Below are positions 1-12,600 of a DNA stretch of 64,000 nt, piece after piece (the first letter of the stretch is position 1; every line of letters starts with the position of its first letter). Location of the stretch: NCBI RefSeq assembly GCF_963676685.1, contig NC_092353.1, positions 26,619,690 to 26,683,689 on the forward strand. The letters run 5' to 3'. A model generated the notes under the pieces. It worked only from the letters and a program-made list of their open reading frames with translations, was not told the DNA's origin and ran no database searches. The position numbers and the translations under genes are program-made. The DNA is from Mytilus edulis (taxonomy: Eukaryota).

Positions 1-960
1 AGATCTACAAATAAGTCAACATGACCAAAATCATCAGTTTACCCCTTAAGGAGTTATTGCCCTTTATAGTCAATTTTTAACCATTTTTCTTAAATTTTAG
101 TATTCTTTTAAAAAATCTTCTCCTCTGAAAGTACTAGGCAAAATTTAACCAAACTTGGCCACCATCATCATTGGGGTATCTAGTTTTAAAAATGTGTGGC
201 GTGACCCTACCAACCAACCAAGATGGCCGCCATGGCTAAAAAAAGTACATAGGGGCTAAATGTAGATTTTGGCTTATATCTCTGAAACCAAAGCATTTAG
301 AGCAAATCTGACATGGGATAAATTGATTATCAGGGCAAGATCTATCTGCCCTGAAATTTTAAGGCAAAACAGACAACCTGTTGTTGGGTTGCTGCCCCAG
401 AATTAGTAATTTTAAGGAAATTTGGCAGTTTTTGGTTTTTATCTTGAATATTATAATAGATAGAGATAAACTGTAAACAGCAATAATGTTCAGCAAAGTA
501 AGATCTACAAATAAGTCAACATGACCAAAATCGTCAGTTTACCCCTTATGGAGTTATTGCCCTTTTTTAGTCATTTTTTAACAATTTTCATAAATTTTTG
601 TAAATTTTTGTAAATTTTTAGTATATATTTTCCACTGTAATTACTAGGCCAAGTTCATTATAGATAGAGATAATTGTAGCAAAAAGAATGTCCAGTAAAG
701 TAAGATCTACAAACACATCATGATCACCAAAACACAATTTTGTCATGAATTTATCTGTGTCCATTGTTTAATATGCACATAGACCAAGGTGAGCGACACA
801 GGCTCTTGAGAGCCTCTAGTTTGTTATTATCTTGAATATTATTATAGATAGAGATAAACTGTAAACGGCAATAATGTTCATCAAAACAAGATTTACAAAT
901 AAGTTTTCATGACCAAAATAGTCAATTGACCTGTTAAGGAGTTATTGCCCTTAATAGTTA
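1..960. repeat. Copies of a ~480-bp SINE/satellite-like repeat family (same family as the tandem array at 17650-20580)
   Basis: Shared blocks with 17650-20580, e.g. 'ccaaccaagatggccgccatggctaaaaa', 'ggcttatatctctgaaaccaaagcatttagagcaaatctgacatggg', 'gttgggttgctgcccc'. Unit repeated at 1-520, 490-700 and 840-960. Confidence 0.7.
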
Positions 961-1059
961 ATTTTTATACGACCGCAAAAATTGAAAATTTTTTGGTCGT
1001 ATATTGGTATCACGTTGGGTTGTTGTCTGCATCGTCGTCGTCGTCGTCCGAATACTTTT

Positions 1060-1700
1060 AGTTTTCGCACTCTAACTTTAGTAAAAGTGAATAGAAATCT
1101 ATGAAGTTTTAACACAAGGTTTATGACCACAAAAGGAAGGTTGGGATTGATTTTGGGAGTTTTGGTCCCAACATTTTAGGAATTAGGGGCCAAAAAGGGC
1201 CCAAATAAGCATTTTCTTGGTTTTCGCACTATAACTTGAGTTTAAGTTAATAGAAATCTATGAAATTTTGACACAAGGTTTATGACCACAAAAGGAAGGT
1301 TGGGATTGATTTTGGGAGTTGAGGTCCCAACAGTTTAGGAATTAGGGCCAAAAAGGGGCCCAAATAAGCATTATTCTTGATTTTCGCACTATAACTTTAG
1401 TATAAGTAAATAGAAATCAATGAAATTTAAACACAAGGTTTATGACCACAAAAGAAAGGTTAGGATTGATTTTGGGAGTTGAGGTCTTAACAGTTTAGGA
1501 ATTAGGGGCCAAAAAGGGGCCTAAATAAGCATTATTCTTGGTTTTCGCACTATAACTTTAGTATAAGTAAATAGAAATCTATGAAATTTAAACACAAGGT
1601 TTATGACCATAAAAGGAAGGTTGGGTTTGATTTTGGGAGTTTTGGTCCCAACCGTTTAGGAATAAGGGGCCCAAAGGGTCCAAAATTGAACTTTGTTTGA
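1060..1700. repeat. Tandem repeat, ~160-bp unit x4 ('ttttcgcactataacttgagt...aaggaaggttgggattgattttgggagtt...ggggccaaaaagggcccaaataagcatt')
   Basis: Direct periodicity visible at 1063, 1222, 1382 and 1543. Two further copies of the family sit at 42340-42640. Confidence 0.8.
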
Positions 1701-2900
1701 TTTCATCAAAAATTGAATAATTGGGGCTCTCTGATATGCTGAATCTAACTGTGTATGTAGATTCTTAATTTTTGGTCCCATTTTCAAATTGGTCTACATT
1801 AAGGTCCAAAGGGTCCAAAATTAAACTTAGTTTGATTTTAACAAAAAATAAATCCTTGGGGTTCTTTGATATGCTGAATCTAAAAATGTACTTAGATTTT
1901 TGTCGCTGCAACTTTTGTTGCAGAAAGCTCGACATAGGGATAGTGATCCGGCGGCGGTGTTAGCTCACTTCTTACAAGCTATATATTTTTAGAAGGTGGA
2001 AGACCTGGATTGTTCATATTTTGTATATAGATTTTTGTAATGTTAAATTCTCTCTTACTGTAAGTAATAGGATAACTATATTTCGTATGTGCGTACCTTG
2101 CAAGGTCCTCATGCCCGTCAGACAGTTTTCACTTGACCTCGACCTCATTTCATGGATCAGTGAACAAGGTTAAGTTTTGGTGGTCAAGTCCATATCTCAG
2201 ATACTATAAGCAATAGGTCTAGTATATTCGGTGTATGGAAGGACTGTAAGGTGTACATGTCCAACTGGCAGGTGTCATCTGACCTTGACCTCATTTTCAT
2301 GGTTTAGTGATTATAGTTAAGTTTTTGTGTTTAGGTCTGTTTTTCTCATACTTTATGCAATAGGTTTACTATATTTGTTGTATGGAATGATTGTAAGGTG
2401 TACATGTCTAGCGGGCAGATGTTATCTGACCTTGACCTCATTTTCATGGTTCAGTGGTTATAGTTAAGTTTTTGTGTTTTGGTCTGTTTTTCTCATACTT
2501 TATGCAATAGGTTTACTATATTTGTTGTATGGAATGATTGTAAGGTGTACATTTCTAGCGGGCAGATGTCATCTGACCTTGACCTCATTTTCATGGTTCA
2601 GTGGTCAAAGTTCAGTTTTTGAGTTTTGGTCTTTTTATCTAATACTATATGTCATAGGTCAACTATATTTGGTGTATGGAAATATTTTATGATCTATTTG
2701 TCAGTCGTACAGGTTTTATTTGACCTTGACCTGGTTTTCACGGTTCATTGCTCAGTGTTAAGTTTTTGTGTTTTGGTCTATTTTCTTAAACTATAAGCAA
2801 TAGGCTCAACTATATTTGTCATGTTTGTTGTATGGAAGCATTGTTAGCTGTACATGTCTGCCTGGCATCAGGGCTTCCAAAAAAAATTTGAGCCAGCCGG
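1690..2900. repeat. Segmental duplication partner A, containing ~125-bp tandem 'tgaccttgacctcattttcatggttcagtg' repeats
   Basis: 1770-1950 is near-identical to 4186-4380. The internal tandem units at 2090-2900 are mirrored at 4640-5460. Confidence 0.75.
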
Positions 2901-4069
2901 ACATTTTATATCTGATCCAGATTTTAATCCCTTAAGACTTAGTCACAAAAGGCAATCATGGTAATCAGATGGCCATTCCAATGATAATGACATTAGATTA
3001 AAAAATGATTTTAAACTTTACTTTGATATGAATTTGATGTTTGGATGTAAACTGTTAAATTGGCAGTGCATCATTCAAAGTGTGCACATCAGCGTGCTCA
3101 TATCTGCCATAGACTCTTTATTTGTGCAAAATGACATGTCAAAAACTTTATTTTCGTTTTTAAAATCACGTTTTTCTAAAACCGGATGTTGACTTGACAA
3201 TGGTAAAACATGGACCATAAACGGATACGTAAAATCCGTGTACGTTTTACAAAGCATGGTCGAGTGAAGAAGCTCTTTCCACGTTATTTCTTCAACAAAA
3301 TACTTGAAATGAACGTTTAGATACAGGTATCAATGATAATTTTAGCATTTTGAAGAAATAAAGGATGCATAATTAAATTTCCCACCTTTGCACATGCGCA
3401 CACGTGTTCTAGTTCATTCAACGTAGTTCTGACGATTTTTCATTTAAACCTTTTAAAATTTTTCATCAAATAATGTAGATAAACTAATTTCTTATAATTT
3501 TAATCTTTTGGACTAAATCAATGAGCTACAAACCGCTGAAATGTAAGAAAATAATTGTGAATAGACCGATCAATTTATACGATGTCCGGTACTGAACATA
3601 GTTTACCTGTCACCTGAACAGGTAGATATCACCTGTCCAACAACTAATTAGCCTTGATTAAAATTAGAAAGTATTGAAGTAGGGGTTGTTTTGATAGTTA
3701 TTAATCATCATGTCACTTTTATGACCGGAAATGTGTGGATGTTGAAGGCAAAAGGTTGGGTCAAAAAGATCGTGAATTATGTTAAAATGACCGAAAAAGT
3801 CTTGAAAACTAAAATGTATATGACCGTTTCATGCTTTGCCCAGCCGGACTTTTAACGGACATTATACAAATGTCCGGAATATATGACCGTTTTGAAGCCC
3901 TGCCTGGCATATGGTTCAACTGACCTTGACCTCATTTTCATGATTCATGTTAAGTTTATGTGACAGTCGTAATAAAGCTTTATATTTAGGAGTATCAACA
4001 TAATATTAATGATTAGTAAAGAAGACGAGACATTTCAGTGTGTGCACTCTTGTTGATTATTGGCCAAGT

Positions 4070-5460
4070 TTTCAAGTTGGTCCAAATCGGGGTCCAAAAT
4101 TAAACTTTGTTTGATTTCATCAAAAATTGATTAATTGGGGTTTTTTGATATGCCAAATCTAACTGTGTATGTAGATTCTTAATTTTTGGTCCCGTTTTCA
4201 AATTGGTCTACATTAAAGTCCAAAGGGTCCAAAATTAAACTAAGTTTGATTTTAACAAAAATTGAATTCTTGGGCTTTTTTGATATGCTGAATCTAAACA
4301 TGTACTTAGATTTTTTGTCGAGCCTGCAACTTTTGTTGCAGAAAGCTCGACATAGGGATAGTGATCCGGCGGCGGTGGCGGCGGCGGCTACGGCGGCGGC
4401 GGCGGTGTTAGCTAACTTCTTAAAAGCTTTATATTTTAGAAGGTGGAAGACCTGGATGCTTCATACTTTGTATATAGATGCCTCATGTTACGAAGTTTCC
4501 GTCAGTCACATGTCCAATGTCCTTGACCTCATTTTTATATGGTTCAGTGACCACTTGAAAAAAAAGTTCAAATTTTTTGTAATGTTGAATTCTCTCTTAT
4601 TATAAGTAATAGGATAACTATATTTGATATGTGCGTACCTTGCAAGGTCCTCATGTCTGTCAGATAGTTTTCACTTGACCTCGACCTCATTTCATGGATC
4701 AGTGAACAAGGTTAAGTTTTGGTGGTCAAGTCCATATCTCAGATACTATAAGCAATAGGGCTAGTATATTCAGTGTATGGAAGGACTGTAAGGTGTACAT
4801 GTCCAACTGGCAGGTGTCATCTGACCTTGACCTCATTTTTAGGGTTCGGTGGTTATAGTTAAATTTTTGGTGTTTTGGTCTGTTTTTCTCATACTATATG
4901 CAATAGGTCTACTATATTTGTTGTATGGAACGATTGTAAGGTGTACATGTCTAGCAGGCAGATGTCATGTGACCTTGACCTCATTTTCATGGTTCAGTGG
5001 TCAAAGTTAAATTTTTGTGTTTTGGTCTGTTTTTCTCATACTATATGCAATAGGTCTACTATATTTGTTGTATGGAACGATTGTAAGGTGTACATGTCTA
5101 ACGGGCAGATGTCATGTGACCTTGACCTCATTTTCATGGTTCAGTGGTCAAAGTTCAGTTTTTGAGTTTTGGTCTTTTTATCTAATACTATATGCCATAG
5201 GTCAACTATATTTGGTGTATGGAAATATTTTATGATCTTTATGTCAGTCGCACAGGTTTTATTTAACCGTGACCTCATTTTCACGGTTCATTGCACAGTG
5301 TTAAGTTTTTGTGTTTTGGTCTCTTTATCTTAAACTATAAGTAATAGGTCAACTATATATGTTGTATAAAAGCATTGTTAGCTGTACATGTCTGCCTGGC
5401 ATGGTTCATCTGACCTTGACCTCATTTTCAAGGTTCATTGGTCTATGTTTAGTTATCTTG
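4070..5460. repeat. Segmental duplication partner B, with a (GGC)n expansion at 4370-4410
   Basis: Collinear with 1690-2900. This copy carries an extra 'ggcggcggtggcggcggcggctacggcggcggcggcggtg' tract. Confidence 0.75.
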
Positions 5461-5629
5461 GTTAATGTTAAGTTTATGTGACAGTTGTTATAAAGCTTAG
5501 CTTTATACTTAGCACTATCAACATAATATCAATGATTAGTATAGAAGGCGAGACATTTCAGCGTGTGCACTCTATGGGCCCAGTTTTCAAGTTGGTTCAA
5601 ATCAGGATCCAAAATTATTATATTAAGTA

Positions 5630-5875
5630 TTGTGCAATAGCAAGAAATTTTCATTTGCACAGTATTCAGCAATAGCAAGAAATCTTCAATTGCACAGTAT
5701 TGTGCAATAGCAAGAAATTTTCAATTGCACAGTATTGCGCAATAGCAAGAAATCTTCAATTGCACAGTATTGTGCAATAGCAAATATTTTCAATTGCACA
5801 GTATTGCGCAATACCAAGAAATATCTAATTGCACTATATTGTGCAATAGCAAGAAATTTTCAATTGGAGTTATCT
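5630..5875. repeat. 35-bp minisatellite x7 whose units are imperfect palindromes containing a C/EBP-like ATTGCGCAAT / ATTGTGCAAT core
   Basis: Tandem units 'ttgtgcaatagcaagaaattttcaattgcacagta'. The canonical palindrome 'attgcgcaat' occurs around 5735-5760 and again around 5795-5820. Confidence 0.8.
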
Positions 5876-6379
5876 TTCTTTGTCCAGAATAGTAGTTGAA
5901 TCAACTTAAATCATTGTTTTATACAATATACAATGTATATTCACTTTTACTACCAACTGATAAATTAAAACAATCTTTACCATTCAGTGATAACAAGCAC
6001 TTTATTTTACATTTTAATATTTTATGATGTATTTAAATGAGTAGTTATTGTTGTAAACTTCATTAAAAATTTGAATTGAGATCAGTTTTGGAAAAAGGGA
6101 AAGGGGGATGTGAAAAAAAATGGGGGGGGGGGAGGTAAATTTTTCTCATTTCAGATTTCATAAATAAAAAGAAAATTTCTTCACACATTTTTTTTTGAGA
6201 GTATTAATATTCAACATCATAGTGAATTGCTCAAAGGCAAAAAAAATATTTTAAGTTCATTAGACCACATTCATTCTGTGTCAGAAACCTATGCTGTGTC
6301 AACTATTTAATCACAATCAAAATTTAGAGCTGAATCCAGCTTGAATGTTGTGTCCATACTTGCCCCAACGGTGCAGGGT

Positions 6380-6662
6380 TCAACCTCTGCGGTCGTATAA
6401 AGCTGCACCCTGCGGAGCATCTGGTTAGCATTTTTCATAAATTTTTGTAAATTTTTAGAAAATATTTTCCACTGTAATTACTGGGCCAAGTTCATTATTG
6501 ATAGAGATAATTGTAGCAACAAGAATGTTCAGTAAAGTAAGCTCTACAAACACATCACCATGATCACCAAAACACAATTATGTCATGAATTTATCTGTGT
6601 CCATTGTTTAATATGCACATAGACCAAGGTGAGCGACACAGGCTCTTGAGAGCCTCTAGTTT
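6380..6662 (+). repeat. Interspersed repeat with tail '...atatgcacatagaccaaggtgagcgacacaggctcttgagagcctctagtt'
   Basis: Same family at 560-835, 20580-20810 and 20860-20920, with a partial copy at 19325-19365. Confidence 0.7.
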
Positions 6663-6684
6663 ATATAAAGATAACAAGTTGTGG

Positions 6685-7010
6685 TATGATTGCCAATGTT
6701 CAAATGAAATTAGATGTAAACAATTATAGGCAATCTTCAACATTGAGAAAAAGATATGTATAGTTAGCCTTAAAAGGCCCTGACATGTAAAATATGATAT
6801 GATTCAATTGAGACAACTATCAGCCTTATGTATAACAAAACAAATTATGAAAAACTAATATGACAGACATGAACCAACAACAACCACTGAACTTTAAACT
6901 CCTGTCTTGAGACAGGCACATTTATAAAGAATGTGGTGGGGTTAAACATATTTGTGAGCACTCAACCCTCCCCCACCTGAAACAGTGATGTAACAGCACA
7001 ACATAAGAAA
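6685..7010 (+). repeat. SINE-like element, 'gatgtggtatgattgccaatgagacaac...' family
   Basis: Family copies also at 7975-8170, 21325-21515, 26800-27180, 28855-29140, 48790-49100 and 63835-63990. Minus-strand fragments lie at 41478-41520 and 62330-62400. Confidence 0.75.
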
Positions 7011-7394
7011 AAAATATAAAAATCAGTTGAAAAACCATTACTTATTGGATCGATACAAAGCATTATAAAAATCAAAAATATAACAGTTTCTCAAAAAATG
7101 GTGTTTGCTGTGGAAAAAAGATAAAGACAAATTTAAGAAGTACAAAACACTACATTTATATATCATATCACAAATATTTCCGCCTTTGTATGGTTTCAGA
7201 GGAGATGCACCTCTTTGAAATCAGTCTCTTCCTTTAGTAGTATAGATTTCATACTTCACCTCAAAAACTTGGTTTTCCCTTTAATTATAGGTTTTTAAAG
7301 GGATATATCATTCTTCCAGTTTCATACAACTAAAAGGTATCACGAATGACCTTACTTTATTGTTTATTTCATTGCATCTTTTTGTACTTCACAG

Positions 7395-7478
7395 AATAAC
7401 AGAAATTATATGACAAAAGATGCTAAAATGGCAGCAAAAATGGAAAAGAAATTAAAGATATTGCTTGGAGGTTATCAG
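7395..7478 (+). CDS. CDC5L: CDC5L-like (cell division cycle 5-like), antepenultimate coding exon
   Basis: Acceptor 'ttcacag|' and donor '|gtaatt'. It translates to NNRNYMTKDAKMAAKMEKKLKILLGGYQ. From memory, human CDC5L has ...LEKKLKILLGGYQ at this position. Confidence 0.6.
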
Positions 7479-7767
7479 GTAATTCTTACTGCTTCTACTG
7501 AAAAGATAATATTGATTTAATATCAAGTTTCAAGACGTTTAATTTATTAATCAAATGTAATAAAAGTAATCTTAAAAAAAATAATGAAAATTTGCATGAA
7601 TTTACAAATCACTTAGTTACTCTTCCTTCCAAGTACTTAATATGCAAGCAAATACTTATTTTAAATTTTATGAATCTATTGTCTTAAGATTTAAGCTCAT
7701 ATATCAATATCTGTTACTGTATATATTTGTAAGACTAGGGAATCCATAAAGAACTTTTAATAGATGA

Positions 7768-7965
<198 letters not shown>

Positions 7966-8712
7966 TAAATATAAAAAGATGTGGTATGAGTGCAAGTGAG
8001 ACAACTCTCCATCCAAGTCACAATTAGTAAAAGTAAACCATTGTAGGTCAAAGTACAGTCTTCAACACAGAGCCTTGGCTCACACCGAACAGCAAGCTAT
8101 AAAGGCCCCCAAAAATGACTAGTGTTAAACCATTCAAACAGGAAAACCAACAGTCTATAAAAAAAAAAGAAACACTTATGAAACACATCAACACCAACTT
8201 TACTTAGATATCAAAGAGAAACAATCCACAACTCTGTACATGATATAGCTGTATGAGATGTACTGATATAATGTTATAAGAAGCTAGGATTTATATATCA
8301 GCAGATGATTAAGTGTTTTATCTGTAAAGGCATACATTCTTTCAATATTGCATGAAAACATGTTTCTGTGGATTCATTGTTGCTTGAGATACAAAGAGAT
8401 TTAGGAATGCCAAAAATTAAAAAGGTTCACCTTAGTACAAATTTATTTTAGGCTTATATGCAGACTTTGAAAATTCATAATTTACAAAATATCAAGTGGC
8501 ACAACAAAAGTAAAAAAACTTAAAACTATTTTATAACATTGTTTTAACGTTCCCAAGTATTGCATTATGTTGATTTAATTGATTGTCTTGAAACTTCAAA
8601 ATGTTGTATCAAAAAGACCCCAAAACTATTTCTGGAAGGTGTATCAAAATATTAGCATTGTTCTGTGTTTTAATCTGTCAAATTATTTTATTTGCTTATT
8701 TGTTACTTTCAG

Positions 8713-8817
8713 TCCCTGACAGAAGATGTAAATAGACAACAGGAGAGAGAGAAAGAATTACAGAGAAAATACAGTGAACTCCAATATAAACAAGATATTA
8801 TCCAGTACAACAAATAA
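8713..8817 (+). CDS. CDC5L: CDC5L-like terminal exon, ending with a TAA stop
   Basis: Acceptor 'tttcag|'. Translation [34 protein letters not shown] resembles human [34 protein letters not shown] (from memory). Confidence 0.6.
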   Translation, partial: [34 protein letters not shown]

Positions 8818-11220
8818 TATGGACTTGTGTTTACAAAATTATAACACAGATTGAACTTATATTTGTCAGAATTTTGTACAGTTTAATATCAAATGTTATC
8901 AGAATTTTAACTCATTAAAAATATAAACAGAGCCATAACAAAAGATTAAATCTAAAATTTAAAGAAAAATGCTAAGATTTTTTTATTACATAGCTTTACT
9001 GGCTTAGTTCTCATAATTTTTAACAAGTTTGTGTAATTTTGTTATAAAACATTACTGTTAGGACTATTGCCTTCAGACAAGTATTTTACATAGAAAAGTT
9101 ATGCATTATACTTATACATGTATTTATTATACTGTATTTCTAACTTTCTTGTTATGAATGTGAATTTCTGGTATCATTTAAATAAAATACGAAAAATTTC
9201 AGGGAGAAATATGAAGTGTACTAAAAATCTGAGTTCTTGAAGTGTCAGTATGAATTTTTTTACTGATCAAAATTTTAGATGTTTGTTACAATTTCTGTCC
9301 AAATCACTCAAAGGTAGTTAGTATTGCAATACAATGATAGGATTAAATTGATGAAAATGTTATTTTGACTGTCAGAAAAATTACAAACAGTGTCTGTTCA
9401 AATGTCCCACAAGACAAAATTATTTTTGAGAACTCTGTAAAAATATATAATTTATTAGTCCCATGACACTTCATCAATATTTGTCTTCATGGTGGCTTTG
9501 TAGTCCTAGTAAAACAAAATAGTTTTGAAATGAAAAAACAAATAAATAATCATTAATGTAAAAACTCATGATTCATATTTCTATGTTAGAAAAGAATGGA
9601 GTGAGAAGCTCTTAGGGGAGAAAGAAGTTATGTTATATATGTATTTCATATTGTCATTCCATCAATAAAACATCTGACCAGTATTTGTTTTCATGTATTT
9701 GGTTCTCCAAAGACATCTATTTAGAGTACAAATGTATATTCAAATGAGATTTATCATTTATCTCATATCAGTTATTTAAAATGCAATGTACCATGTCGTT
9801 TCAGTTTATTGCTACCTTATTGATTTCTTCAAAGTCTATTGTATCTATTTAAGATTCCATTGCTGCATTTCAAGTGTACCGGTATGTCTGACCTTGAATT
9901 CAGATATCATAATGGATAGAATCAACTTGCCTTGTATACTTTGCATCATACTAGTCTATCAGTTTGTGTTACTTGTATCAAAACGATGTAAATGTGTCCT
10001 CCTTGCATTTTTCAAAAGTTGAAGTATTTCGATGGTCTATTAGTAGCTTACTTTTCACAAGTGTTTGTTCTAGATGGTTTTATCCTTGGCTTTGTCACAG
10101 TAGAGATTTAAGAATTGTTAATTGCTGCTTCTCTGTCAAGCACACTGCATCTTGGAGTTAGAATAAATGTGTGTGCATATAATTGTGACATCATGGACAT
10201 AGATACCTGTGGAGTATTACCTTTTGGTCAGTCATAAATCATCAAACCTTATTTCCAAAGTGATTGTTGAAGCATAGTTAGAAATCATATATGAATACAT
10301 GTAACAGGTTCTGTAAGTTGTCTATTCATGCAAACAGATTTACATTTTTGAAAAGATTATAAATCATAAAAACTTACCTCCTTTGAAAAAACTATCTACT
10401 GCTATTTATTTTAGTTTACATCAAATTTCATATCTGGAGAATTGTATCCTTTAAAAGCATCCAAGTAGCAGATGTTTTTTGCTATTTAGGGAAGGTCAGT
10501 ATTTAGGTAAAAGTATGCTGTACACCATCAGGTCTAAAACTGTGGTGCTACAAGATAGTACCAGCTCTAACAGAATATTTATGAAGTGGTCACCATTTTG
10601 GCTTAAACAAAATAAAAAACAGAAAATTATGAATATTGAAACCATTGATGCCATGCAGAACAACAAATTAATTTTATCCTGGCCATTAAAATGTCTTGTA
10701 AGGAGGTTTTTTTTTAATTTAAAAAAAGGGGGGGGTCCTAGCTGTCAGTCAGAATATAAGATGATTTAGACAAAAAAAGAGTTTTGTGATCAAGGTAATT
10801 TTAATATGTCTTTAAGAAAAAGTCTCAATGGTTTTCTGATAAATGTCTCATAGAAAACAAGATGTATTCAGGGTCAATCTTTTTTTTAAATGATCAAGTT
10901 GCCACTGTTTCATTTTCTATTTAAAATGATATTCCTGTATAACTTCATAAATGAGAACTTGTTGCAGATTTGAAAATGGTATCAGGTGTTATTTGTATTG
11001 TTTACGGTTATCAAGGCAAAACAGAGAGACAATATAAATACTTGACATGAATCAACACAAACTTCGTGTTACTCAATATAACATAGATTAACACTTCACC
11101 TTAGATGATTTTTTTTTAATGGGCAAAGTTAGACAACTCTACTTTTGTAAACAAATAAAAATTAAATTTTTAGAATTAAAATTTAGTTTTGTAAATTAAA
11201 TACTCACCTTCATAAATTTA

Positions 11221-11332
11221 GATATCAGTCCACTCGCTGCATTATTCAACCGGAAACCAGCCAGAAAAAGAAACCATGACCCCGTGACAACCTCTCCCAC
11301 CTGACACCTGTGTGTCCTAAACCTTCATCATT
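11221..11332. repeat. DIRS inverted terminal repeat, 3'-proximal copy
   Basis: 'gatatcagtccactcgctgcattattcaaccggaaaccagccag...cctaaaccttcatcatt' is the reverse complement of 16450-16562. Confidence 0.85.
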
Positions 11333-11495
11333 TATTCCTTAAAATGCTAGGCACTAAAAGGGGGATGAAGGGGAGGAGGGAGGGACCTCTGATTTATGAA
11401 GGTGAGTATTTAATTTACAAAACTAAATTTTAATTCTAAAAATTTAATTTTTATTACATTAAATACCTCACCTTCATAAATTTAGATAACAGAAT

Positions 11496-12600
11496 TTAAC
11501 GAAGGGCTGCATCCCCATCACTAGGAGGAGGAAAAACAACCTGTTGAGCAGCAACCAAAGGCCCTAAAGAATAGAGGTTGTCACAATGAAGAGGCATGGA
11601 CCGTAAATAATGGTTATAAAAGGCACTATCAGACCTCCAAAAACCAGCTGACATGATTTCCGACATAGAGGAGGAATTAAAAATGTTCCAAGAAGAGGCT
11701 AAGGCTCTTACTTCATGTGCTTTAACTTGATGTTTAACTAAAACTTCAGAAGAAGCAGATTTATAGGCCAAAATGACAGTATTGCAAATCCAAGTAGAAA
11801 TGGTTTTGGCAGAAATGTCAGAAATTCCTTTTTTAATAGGAATAAACAACCTAGAAGAACCAGCAGATCTTAATTTCGCTGAAGAAGCTAGGTAAACAAG
11901 CAAGGCTCTCACTGGACACAAAACCTGATTATCCGATGTGGGAGGTAAAGCAGGAATAGTAATAATACCAGAACCTTTATCAGGTAACTGGTTCTTTGCT
12001 AAAAAAGATGGATCAGTGAGAAGAGTAACTGAAGACTTATCAGATGCAAAGCGGAGACAAGACTCAGAAATTGACAGAGCATGAATCTCACTCCTTCTGC
12101 GACCAGTAGCCAAAGCTATCAGAAAACAACATTTATAAGATAAAAATTTGAAGGAGGCTGAATGTAAAGGTTCAAAAGGTGAAAACTGAAGAACCTTCAA
12201 AACTAAACCTAAGTCCCAAGAAGGAACCAAACGCCTTTGACGAGGTCTATTAAGGCAAAAGTTTTTTATCAATAATGACAAAAACTCATTATCCCCAAAA
12301 TCAGAGCCTCCTGAAAGTGATATTGTTCTGGCTATGGCAGATCTATATCCCTTTATAGTAGAAGGAGAATAACCTTTCTCCTCAAAAAGGTAAAGGAAGA
12401 AATCCGCTAACTGTTGTACAGTGACAGAGAGTGGATTAATCTGCTTCGACAGACACCAAGTACAGAAGATAGACCATTTGGAGTCATAAACTGCTCCTGT
12501 AGATTGTCTGACTGATCCTGAGATACGCTTGGTTGCTCCCTCAGAAAAGCCTCCCTTTCTGAGGGAATCCCTGACAACAACCAAGCGTGCAGATGGAGAT
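11496..12600 (-). CDS. DIRS ORF3, tyrosine recombinase domain; this is the C-terminal part of the 971-aa ORF 11496..14411
   Basis: YR boxes: LIALATGRRRSEIHAL (Arg box), HQVKAHEVRALASSW (HxxR) and GFWRSDSAFYNHYLR (catalytic Tyr). Upstream of about 12600 the same frame is S/G-rich low-complexity read-through antisense to pol, so the true start is uncertain. Confidence 0.7.

Noticed and set aside
4186-4605. 139-aa ORF with a poly-Ala stretch (also 1772..1963, 2474..2692, 4875..5165, 5017..5235)
   Set aside because: These lie entirely within tandem or segmentally duplicated repeats. The Ala run is a (GGC)n microsatellite. No splice context or homology supports them.
9786-10161. Two overlapping plus-strand ORFs downstream of the CDC5L stop
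   Set aside because: They are Cys/Leu-rich AT-driven ORFs in the presumptive 3'UTR or intergenic region, with no splice sites or homology.
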